This document shows positions 1-11,325 of a stretch of 64,000 nt of DNA, one piece after another. Where the stretch lies: assembly GCA_051294375.1 (NCBI GenBank), contig CM119264.1, forward strand, positions 9,360,764-9,424,763, written 5' to 3'. The stretch is from Paraspadella gotoi. Taxonomy: Eukaryota; Animalia; Chaetognatha. Both the position numbers and the translations under genes were made by a program. The notes under the pieces are model-generated. The model worked only from the letters and a program-made list of their open reading frames with translations, did no database searches and was not told where the DNA came from. Numbering within the stretch: position 1 is the first letter of the stretch; each line of letters starts with the position of its first letter.

Positions 1-480
1 AGCTTATAAATGGCCTAGTAAATAAAACCCTCGGAAGTTATTTTTTTTTAATGACTAATTCTCTCGCTTCGGAAGACTTTTCAATAATTGTAACGTCGAA
101 TCGGATTGACAAATTTTAAGATTTAATCGACGACGTGGAACGCTCACTACTCTCCCAGCCAAGGGATCGAACCCTCGACCTTTTTCTTTCCACGAAATCG
201 TCTTCGACAGAAGCGCGAGTGGGGATTACGCGAGCGGAACAAATGACCCTCGCCGACTTTCCAAGGCGGAAGAACCATTGCCCCACATTTCGGATGGGAG
301 AGACGCGTGGTCTTTGTCCTTTTCGTCTTCGTCGTCGTCGTCGTCGTCGTCGCCGCCGGTTTCGTCGGCATCGTCTTTTTTTTTTCTGTTGATGAAGTTG
401 AATTAATTGAAATTCCATCACAAAGGGAACATGGATACAGAAATATAGAATTGGAGAGACAAAAATAGAGATCTCGATAT

Positions 481-512
<32 letters not shown>

Positions 513-2047
513 CTTTGGTCGTTGACATTCCCTGTCAGTTTTGACGTCCAACTGCTGGTGAAGACACGTGTTCAAGATTGAGGTCGGAAAATGGCCCCGA
601 TAGTTGGGCGGGGTGACCGAGTTGCTGGAAAGGGAAAAGCTATTGAGCAGATTTGGGCGCAGGGGTGAGGTGGACAAATGTGGCGGTTGGTATCGATAGA
701 GGGTGAGTCGTAGAGCGAGAGAGCTGGGCGTTTTGGAGGTCACAACAGAATACTTAACAAGTGAATTGGTTTTAAAATCATTCCTTCTAACGAATATGAC
801 ATGGTTAAAAGTTTGGGAATTTTTTCGATTGCTCTACTAAAGAATTTGAAAGGCCAGCCTATTTGTTCTCTCTGTGAGTGAAAGTTTAAAGCATTTACTT
901 TGTATAGTTTCACCGTACTAGAGTTCTACAGCACAAAAAATTGTATTTTGCTTGGTTGCCACTTGGCATCAGTGCCGCGCAGAAATTCGCCGCATTCCGT
1001 CATTAGCTATGCCCTCTTCCTTTCAAAAACTCGATTCAAGGACACGAATGAAATTAATCTCCGACGATTATTTTTTTCTTCTTTTTTTCCTTTTTGAAGG
1101 AGGGGATTTGAGAGCAAAATTTGGTCTGAAAATAAAAATTACAAATACTGTCTTCCCAACTTACTAGTATTTTTATAATCTCCTGACTAATCTAGAAAAC
1201 ATTTTTGATCACAGCCGTTGAATGAAACTCTTCCACTCCAGGCGTTTGAATTAACATGTCATCTCCAACCGATAAACCGTTGCAACCTCAACAAAGTGTC
1301 ACGCCGCAGTTAAAATTCCACCTAAACATCTCACCCTCCCCCCTCGAAACTCAATAATTCAGTCTTCATGTTTTGGGGGTGGAGTTTCGCTCTTTTCGGT
1401 AAACACACATTCGTTTGCATAAATGAATTCGTATTTTTGCCCAAGAAAAGAAAACCGCTGTGCCGAAGCGAAGAAAAATTTAGTGGAGGAAAATAAAGAA
1501 GAAAATAAAGAAGAAAAAAAAAGTTGAAGAATTAAAATGAAATTTAAAAAGAATCGGGGGAAATATTAACTTTATCGCGGAGAAGTGAATATGAAATCAA
1601 TCATCCAACCCATTACGTGATTTGGAAAAAATATGTCGCGGAAAAGTATAAATTTAAAGGTTGCAGTGGAAAGATAGAACAAAAAGAATAAATATGAAAC
1701 ATAAAATTTTATGAAATAATAATTCTGCGTCATAACACTGTATTTATTATTATTCTTAAAAAAAAGTAGAATATTAACTCTCCCCTTTTCACATTTTCCT
1801 ATTATCTCTGGAAAGTGAAAAGCTGCGAGAGAAAACATGATCACAAAATGAGTCCCTCGCGCCTCCTCAATTTTGGGGGAAAAGGGTACGCAATAAAAGA
1901 GGACACTCATTGCCTCTTCACTTCTTTATTGCTTCCTTTCTTTAGTTTCATTCTCTTTCTCTCCTCAATCATTTCATGACTCGCTCGCATTTTTTTCTCC
2001 TTCGTCAAAGAGAAAAAATTAAAAACTGGACGATTTTTCGGACGCCA

Positions 2048-2078
<31 letters not shown>

Positions 2079-3008
2079 NNNNNNNNNNNNNNNNNNNNNN
2101 NNNNNNNNNNNNNNNNNNNNNNNNNNNNNNNNNNNNNNNNNNNNNNNNNNNNNNNNNNNNNNNNNNNNNNNNNNNNNNNNNNNNNNNNNNNNNNNNNNNN
2201 NNNNNNNNNNNNNNNNNNNNNNNNNNNNNNNNNNNNNNNNNNNNNNNNNNNNNNNNNNNNNNNNNNNNNNNNNNNNAAAAATAATTTGTATCATAAAGAA
2301 TTCAAAACGATGAACGACTTCATCTTCGCTGACAAAGAATCCTGTCTTCCAGGCCATTCGAGTTTGCCGACGACATTGGATTGGCTCTGTCTCTCTCTCT
2401 CTCTCATCTCCTCTCTCTCTCTCTCTCTCGTCTCTCTCTCTCTCTCTCGTCTCTGCTCTCATGCTCCTCTCTCCTTCATAATTTCCTTCCACCAATTCCC
2501 CAGTCCCAGCGATCCCGTTGCTTCTCTAAATTCCCTCATCTTTTCTTTGCGCTCAAGCGCTTCTTGCCTCTTTCCACATCGTATTCTTCTTCTTGATCTG
2601 GGGATTAGTTTCTCTCTCACGCCGCAACTGGCGCTCTTTTCAAAATCCAAGTCGTCGACCTCTTCTTTCGACCCTTTCACCGTCGGTGACGCCATTCGCT
2701 TCGACGCCGACGCCAAAACCAGGAACGACGCGCGGATTCGATGGCGCCAAGTAAATATAAGTCATTGACAGGCGGCGGTTTCATCCGGGGAAAGAGTTTT
2801 CGAGTTGGAGATCAGTACCCTCTTTGAGGACTTGTGATTCTCTCTCTCTCTATCTCTCTCTCTCTCTCTCTCGCTCTCTCTCTCTCTCTCACTCTCTCTC
2901 GCTCTCTCCCTCTCTCTCTCTCTTTCTCTTTCTCTCTCTTAAATATTTCGATGCTTTTACTTTTAAGTTTTCTCGGAGTTGTTTTTCTTGGCTTCTTCAT
3001 TCCCATTA

Positions 3009-3102
<94 letters not shown>

Positions 3103-3178
3103 TAAATATTTCGATGCTTTTACTTTTAAGTTTTCTCGGAGTTGTTTTTCTTGGCTTCTTCATTCCCATTAATTTCTC

Positions 3179-3221
<43 letters not shown>

Positions 3222-3326
3222 ATCTCTCTCTCTCCTTTCTCTCTTCCCTCTCTCTAAATATTCGATGCTTTTACTTTTAAGTTTTTCTCGGAGTTGTTTT
3301 CTTGGCTTCTTCATTCCCATTAATAT

Positions 3327-3387
<61 letters not shown>

Positions 3388-4030
3388 TTCTCTCTTTTTA
3401 TCGTGCTTTTACTTTTAGTTTCTCTTGTTTTCTGGCTCTCTCCAGTAAATCTCTTTTTTCTCCTCTTCTCTTCTTTTCATTCTCGTCCTCCTCCTCTCTC
3501 CTTCCATATTCGACCCTTTTTTCCCGTCGCCATTTAATATTTAATCTAAGACGACTCAACTCTCAACTTCTCTTGCTCTTCTGCTCTCCCCTTTTCCTTT
3601 CTTTCTTCTTCTCTCCGCCTTTAGTCTAGCGATTACATTTCTTTCACTCCTTTCTCGCTCTCCCTTCTCTCAACTTTACCTCACTCTCCCTCATTCCTTA
3701 CCTCGCCAAAAAAAGAGAAGAAAAAAGTTGAGGATATATGTTCTTCTCTTTCGCGAGAAAAAGTGAGGAAAAGCGGGAAATTTCTCGACGGAGAAAGAGA
3801 GACGACGACGATTACGACGACGATTACGACGACGATTACGACGCCGCCTCCGGTGACGCGAGCGACGGAAAAGTGGAAAAGGATCAGAGACGTAATAAAA
3901 ATGTTTTTGGAGGGAAACGAAAAAAAAAGGAAAAGGGGTGAAAAAAGAGAAGAAAATTGTGAGAAAAAAGATAAGTATGAAAATTACCCTGGTTAGTTTT
4001 CGGTGAGAAAGGAGGGGTCGAGGAAGAGAA
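1..4030. repeat. Copy 1 of a ~4 kb direct duplication (may extend upstream of the window)
   Basis: Colinear with 7506-11325 from AGCTTATAAATG to GGAGGGGTCGAGGAAGAGA. Differences are mostly 1-bp indels and microsatellite lengths. Confidence 0.95.
2939..3327. repeat. Three ~73-bp units separated by (CT)n spacers
   Basis: TAAATATTTCGATGCTTTTACTTTTAAGTTTTCTCGGAGTTGTTTTTCTTGGCTTCTTCATTCCCATTAAT at ~2939, ~3102 and ~3255, with a degenerate fourth near 3400. The array recurs at ~10327-10712. Confidence 0.9.
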
Positions 4031-4070
4031 GGAGAGATACGGGATAATTATAAGAGAGACGAGAGAGACG

Positions 4071-4115
<45 letters not shown>

Positions 4116-5262
4116 AATAAACACTCTATAGGAAATCAGGTTGAAACCTGATATCATTTTTTAAGGTGATACCTGAACTTACTATGAACTTAAATTTATT
4201 TGTGTGTGGGTGAGAAGCATGTGATAGCTGGAAATAGTTTCGATGGAATCGTCGGCAGTGGAAATGAGTTTAAAGTGGAAAAAACAAAAATTACGCTTAA
4301 AAAATTTATTTTGGTTTGTTTTTCCTTTTATACAAATTTAATGCTGTTGCACAACAAATACTACAATTATAAATCACTAACCCATGACTACCACAAACTA
4401 CTACAACTCCCATAACCACCATAAAAACCATTTCCCATTCAGAATTAAAATAACTAAAACACAAAAAAACATTATAAAAATAGTGGCCGTGTTGATTTAA
4501 TGAAGAATTTCAAGATTAGTGGATAACTTATTATCTGATTCGCTGGCTTGCGCTTAAAATTGTCGTTTGGAGATCCGGCATGTTTGTAAAACTTGTTATC
4601 TTTTAATCCTAAGTTATTCCAATGGAAGAAAAATATCATAATATTTAAACGATAGAAGATCACTAAAGCTGCGGCACGAAGAAAGGACGAAGAGACGACG
4701 ACGACGACGACTACGCGACGACCCGGACGACCGACGACAAAAGATGACGTGCAACGCCATTAAACGGTTATGACATTCGCTCTTTCTCAATCGTCCTTCC
4801 TTTAAATGATTCGGCCGCACTTTTCGCCCATTGAAGCCCATCCGTCTGCTATTTCTGTTTTCATCCCTAGAGATGGCGTTGGATTGAGAAGGACGGGGGG
4901 TTCTTCTCGGGGTGGGGGGGGGCGCGGTTTGATTCTCTGGATTCCTGGTTGAGAATCCACCTGAGGCACGGTGCATTTGATGCGGCAGCGAAGGAATTTC
5001 TTTAATGTCATATTTGTGTCACATTAAACTTAAGTTCGAAATTGGAAAGGACAGTTAAAACTCTCAAGATTTAAAAAAAATATTTGACCGTTAGCGTAAT
5101 TGTTCTGTAGAATTTGATGAGGTTTAAAACGACGACTGGTTCCATCATCAAATAAATCGTATTCCAACTAAACTTTAAGCTATTAACTTTGAAGAGAGAA
5201 GCAAATAAACAAAAACAAAACAGGCTCCAGGACAGTATTGAGAAAGAGAGAGAGAGGAGGGA

Positions 5263-5355
<93 letters not shown>

Positions 5356-5804
5356 TTGATTTAGATACAAAGGGTTTTTTTCAAATTTTTTTTTTAAAAA
5401 ACTTGAATCAGTTTTATTATTCGTCGATGTTCTTTATCTTTCTATTTCATTTCAATTATCATGCCGACGCCATTTTTGCTTTTGCGTCGCCGCTTCCGTT
5501 TCCTGATTTGCGCCACGGATGAAAAGTTTTAGAAAAACCTGAAGCATTGACGCAACTTTAAGATTTAAAGTCTCCACGCGTTTTATAATTTGTTTATCTT
5601 TTATGAGACATGAGTGTGTCGGTTTTGGGCTGACGTTCTTATTGTTACGGGTATTGAAATTCTGATATTTCTCGATACATTCAAATCGTTACCAGTATTT
5701 TCCGTGACATAAAATCACGGAGGACTTAAATGTACTTTACATTTTTAGTTTATTCATTAATAAACAAATGATGTCACCTTGAAAAAAAAAATTTAAAAAT
5801 TTTT

Positions 5805-5925
5805 AGCCAATCAAACCCATTATGCCCATACTGTCAACGTTTTTCTAGCCATTAAAAGACGGAACTTCAACACCAATCAGCGTTTATTCGCTACAAATGT
5901 CTTTTTTACCGCCAATCAGCGCTTC
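5805..5925 (+). promoter_or_regulatory. Cluster of three same-orientation CCAAT (NF-Y-type) boxes
   Basis: AGCCAATCA at 5805, ACCAATCAGCG at 5872 and GCCAATCAGCGC at 5911, followed by a CpG-rich segment and a GT-AG intron-like stretch at 6052-6131. Confidence 0.45.
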
Positions 5926-6137
5926 ACACACGATAATAATCCGCCTCGCGATGCCATCAGCGATTTGTTCTCGCCATCGGACGCCGGCTCCTCGCGGCGT
6001 GTTCTCTAGCGGCGTTCTTCCTACCGGCGTCGTTCGGAACAAATTATTTCGGTAACTGGTTTTAATCCCCCAAAATTCCTGGGTTTTTGCTTCCTCCTCG
6101 GCTTTAAATTTTTCGTCCGGTCGATTTACAGGGATTT

Positions 6138-6352
6138 TTATTTTCGTTTCCTGGGGGCGGGTGGGGCGGATGGGATCTGGCGGGCGTGGGCAAGGGTGTG
6201 ATCCTTATGGATGAAGGGAGATTGGACTGCATGGGGAGAGGGAGGTTTAGGATTGGTGGAAAGGGTAGTGAAGTCAGGGTAGACGGTCTCGAGCTTCACA
6301 GAATTTAATTTCTTCTCGTCGATGCGAGCGAATGTGAAGAGGGGGGGGCGTT
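6138..6352 (-). CDS. Possible terminal coding exon of an unidentified gene (FTFARIDEKKLNSVKLETVYPDF...PPAPRKRK*)
   Basis: Non-repetitive open frame with pyrimidine-ending codon bias. The acceptor is weak (AAAAG), and I recognise no homolog or upstream exon. Confidence 0.25.
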
Positions 6353-6920
6353 CTTTTTGTTTTTTCGCATTTTTAGGAGTTTTTTTTAAAATTTTTAAGT
6401 TTTTAAGGGACCTTAAAAGAGTTTTTAACCAAGGCTGCAGCTCCAACCCGCCTCCACGTGTCCCTCCCCCCCCTCGCCACCTAAAAAAAAAAAACGTTTG
6501 AAAAGTCGTCGCCTGTCGAACCAAAATCCGAAGTCAGAAAACTCGCGGGGTGAATTTAACCGTCGGTGGAGTTTGGGGGGAAAAACTCGGGCGCGCTCTC
6601 AATTTTTTTTTTTTTTACTGTGTGGACTTTAATTAATATAAATTTGAGAAAAGAGAAACAAAAACAACGGATGGCAAATACGAATAAAAAATCTAAAAAA
6701 TAACGCACCCCTTTTTTCCTCTGATTAAAAAAAAAAATTTAAATAACCGGCGAAAAGACGAGGCGAATAAATTTTTCAGAGAAAAAAAAAATCTGATATT
6801 CGCGGTTTTGAATCGAGCGCTTTCGCGGGGTTCCTCCGCTCTCGCTTGAAATACGATCGTCAGTAGCTTTTTTATTATTTCTATATTCCGTGATTTGAAG
6901 ATAAATATTGAGAGAGAGGA

Positions 6921-6966
<46 letters not shown>

Positions 6967-7505
6967 CTCGTGTTTGAAAAAAATAAGGAAAAAATACCCA
7001 AAGCGAATCATAAATATTTCACAGCGGCGGTCTCGTGTTTTAATCAATGCCCAACCAGTCACAAGTTCGAACATCATCTTATAATCTGGCCAAAGCTGTC
7101 ACAGCAGATATAATTTTTCCAAAACACTTTTTTTAACTCATTTTCCACATTGCAGTATTAATATTCCACTTCATTTTCTAATAATTTAAATCTGTGAAAC
7201 ACGAATCTTGGAGAATTTATCGCGCCTTGGAAAAGCTTTCCATCTTTATTGTAAATGAAATTCAAGACGTCAATATCTCCATTCTCACAACGTCTCTCTT
7301 CGGGGTTATGTCTCGCCTTACGTTAGAGGCTCCCCAATAGCGTCGGTTAGTTTTTCTCCAACTCATGCTGAACTTTATTAATATATATATAATATAATTA
7401 AAACAAACAAAACAACTTAGATTCCGCAATGAAATATTTTTCCGAAAAATAAGAAAATAAAAAGGATTAACCGAGAGGGAAAAAGTGGCTGCCACACGCA
7501 ATAAA

Positions 7506-7974
7506 AGCTTATAAATGACCTAGTAAATAAAACCCTGGAAGTTATTTTTTTTTAATGACTAATTCTCTCGCTTCGGAAGACTTTTCAATATTGTAACGTC
7601 GAATCGGGATGACAAATTTTAAGATTTAATCGACGACGTGGAACGCTTCACTACTTCCCAGCCAAGGGATCGAACCCTCGACCTTTTTCTTTCCACGAAA
7701 TCGTCTTCGACAGAAGCGCGAGTGGGGATTACGCGAGCGGAACAAATGACCCTCGCCGACTTTCCAAGGCGGAAGAACCATTGCCCCACATTTCGGATGG
7801 GAGAGACGCGTGTCTTTGTCCTTTTCGTTTCGTCGTCGTCGTCGTCGCCGCCGGTTTCGTCGGCATCGTCTTTTTTTTTTCTGTTGATGAAGTTGAATTA
7901 ATTGAAATTCCATCACAAAGGGAACATGGATACAGAATATAGAATTGGAGAGACAAAAATAGAGATCTCGATAT

Positions 7975-8006
<32 letters not shown>

Positions 8007-9792
8007 CTTTGGTCGTTGACATTCCCTGTCAGTTTTGACGTCCAACTGCTGGTGAAGACACGTGTTCAAGATTTGAGGTCGGAAAATGGCCCGATAGTTG
8101 GGCGGGGTGACGAGTTGCTGGAAAGGGAAAACTATTGAGCAGATTTGGGCGCAGGGGTGAGGTGGACAAATGTGGCGGTTGTATCGATAGAGGGTGAGTC
8201 GTAGAGCGAGAGAGCTGGGCGTTTTGTAGTCACAACAGAATACTTAACAAGTGAATTGGTTTTAAAATCATTCCTCTAACGAATTGACATGGTTAAAGTT
8301 TGGAATTTTTTCGATTGCTCTGACTAAAGAATTTGAAAGGCCAGCCTATTTGTTCTCCTGTGAGTGAAAGTTTAAAGCATTTACTTTGTATAGTTTCACC
8401 CGTACTAGAGTTCTACAGCACAAAAAATTGTATTTTTGCTTGGTTGCCACTTGGCATCAGTGCCGCGCAGAAATTCGCCCGCATTCCGTCATTACTATGC
8501 CCTCTTCCTTTCAAAACTCGATTCAAGACACGAATGAAATTATCTCGACGATTATTTTTTTCTTCTTTTTTTTCCTTTTTGAAGGAGGGGATTGAAGCAA
8601 AATTTGGTCTGAAAATAAAAATTACAATTACTGTCTTCCCAACTTTACTAGTATTTTTATAATCTTCCTGACTAATCTAGAAAACATTTTTGATCACAGC
8701 CGTTGAATGAAACTCTTCACTCCAGGCGTTTGAATTAACATGTCATCTCCAACCGATAAACCGTTGAACCTCAACAAAGTGTCACGCCGCAGTTAAAATT
8801 CCACTAAACATCTCACCTCCCCCTCGAAACTCAATAATCAGTCTTCATGTTTTGGGGGTGGAGTTTCGCTCTTTTCGGTAAACACACATCGTTTCCATAA
8901 ATGAATTCGTATTTTTGCCCAAGAAAAGAAAACCGCTGTGCCGAAGCGAAGATAAAAATTTAGTGGAGGAAAAAAAGAAGAAAATAAGAAGAAAAAAAAA
9001 GTTGAAGAATTAAATGAAATTTAAAAAGAATCGGGGGAAATATTAACTTTATTCGCGGAGAAGTGAATATGAAATCAATCATCAACCCATTACGTGATTT
9101 GGAAAAAATATTCGCGGAAAAGTATAAATTTAAAGGTTTGGTGGAAAGATAGAACAAAAAGAATAAATATGAAACATAAAATTTTATGAAATAATAATTC
9201 TGGCGTCATAACACTGTATTTATTATTATTCTTAAAAAAGGTAGAATATAACTTCTCCCCTTTTCACATTTTCCTATTATCTCTGGAAAGGGAAAGCTGC
9301 GAGAGGAAAACATGATCACAAAATGAGTCCCTCGCGCCTCCTCAATTTTTGGGGAAAAGGGTACCAATAAAAGAGGACACTCATTGCCTTTCACTTCTTT
9401 ATTGCTTCCTTTCTTTAGTTTCATTCTCTTTCTCTCCTCAATCATTTCATGCTCGCTCGCATTTTTTTTTCCCTTCGTCAAAGAGAAAAAATTAAAACTG
9501 GACGATTTTTCGGACGCCAACCCTCTCTCTCTCCTCTCTCTTCTCTCTCTCTCTCTCTCTCTCTTTCTTCCTCTCTTCTCTCTCTCTCTCTCTCTTCTTT
9601 TTCTCTCTCACTCTTTTTATCTTTTTCTCTTATATCATGCCACCTTGCCAGAATGGAATCTTTTAACTTTTATCGAAGCATCAAGAAAAATTAATTTGTA
9701 TCATAAAGAATTCCAAAACGATGAACGACTTCATCTTCGCTGACAAAAATCCTGTCTTCCAGGCCATTCGAGTTTCCGACGACATGGATTGG

Positions 9793-9878
<86 letters not shown>

Positions 9879-10394
9879 TCATAATTTCCTTCCACCAATC
9901 CCCATCCCAGCGATCCGTTGCTTCTCTAAATTCCTCATCTTTTCTTTCCTCACTTCTTCCTCTTTCCACATCGTATTCTTCTTCTTGATCTGGGATTAGT
10001 TTCTCTCTCACGCCGCAACTGCGCTCTTTTCAAAATCCAAGTCGTCGACCTCTTCTTTCGACCCTTTCACCGTCGTGACGCCATTCGCTTCGACGCCGAC
10101 GCCAAAACCAGGAACGACGCGCGGATTCGATGGCGCCAAGTAATATAAGTCATTGACAGGCGGCGGTTTCATCCGGGGAAAGAGTTTTCGAGTTGGAGAT
10201 CAGTACCCTCTTTGAGGACTTGTGATTCTCTCTCTCTCTATCTCTCTCTCTCTTCTCTCTCGCTCTCTCTCTCTCTCTCACTTCTCTCTCCTCTCTCCCT
10301 CTCTCTCTCTCTTTCTCTTTCTCTCTTTAAATATTCGATGCTTTTACTTTTAAGTTTTCTCGAGTTGTTTTTCTTGGCTTCTTCATTCCCATTA

Positions 10395-10488
<94 letters not shown>

Positions 10489-10717
10489 TAAAATTTCGAT
10501 GCTTTTACTTTTAAGTTTTCTCGAGTTGTTTTTCTTGGCTTCTTCATTCCCATTAATTTCTCTCTCTCTCTCCTCTCTCTCTTCTCTCTCTTCTCTCTCT
10601 CTCATCTCTCTCTCTCCTTTCTCCTCCTCTCCCTCTTCTAAATATTCGATGCTTTTACTTTTAAAGTTTTTTCTCGGAGTTGTTTTCTTGGCTTCTTCAT
10701 TCCCATTAATATTCTCG

Positions 10718-10802
<85 letters not shown>

Positions 10803-11325
10803 TCCGACCCCCATTGTTTTTTCCCGTCGCCATTTAATATTTAATCTCAAGACGACTCAACTCTCAACTTCTCTGCTCTTCTTCTCCCCTTTTCCTTTCT
10901 TTCTTCTTTCGTCTCCGCCTTTAGTCTAGCGATTACATTTCTTTCACTCCTTTCTCGCTCTCCCTTCTCTCAACTTTACCTCACTCTCCCTCATTCCTAC
11001 CTCGCCAAAAAAAAGAGAAAGAAAGTTGAGGATATATGTTCTTCTCTTTCGCGAGAAAAAGTGAGGAAAGCGGGAAATTTCTCGACGGAGAAAGAGAGCG
11101 ACGACGATTACGACGACGATTACGACGACTTACGACGCGCCTCCGGTGACGCGAGCGACGGGAAAAAAAGTGGAAAAAGGATCAGAGACGTAATAAAAAA
11201 TGTTTTTGGAGCAAAGAAAAAAGAAAGAAAAGGGGTGAAAAAAGAGAAGAAATTGTGAGAAAAAAAGATAAGTATGAAAATTACCCTGGTTAGTTTTCGT
11301 GAGAAAGGAGGGGTCGAGGAAGAGA
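7506..11325. repeat. Copy 2 of the ~4 kb direct duplication
   Basis: Matches 1-4030. It contains sequence (~9560-9690) where copy 1 has an N gap, and it ends near a 25-N gap at 11445-11469. Confidence 0.95.

Noticed and set aside
147-743. 198-aa minus-strand ORF
   Set aside because: Runs through two (GAC)n tracts, has no recognisable domain, and is frameshifted in the duplicate copy.
2939-3327. CRISPR-like repeat-spacer appearance
   Set aside because: Repeats are ~73 bp, spacers are CT microsatellite, there are no cas genes, and the context is eukaryotic.
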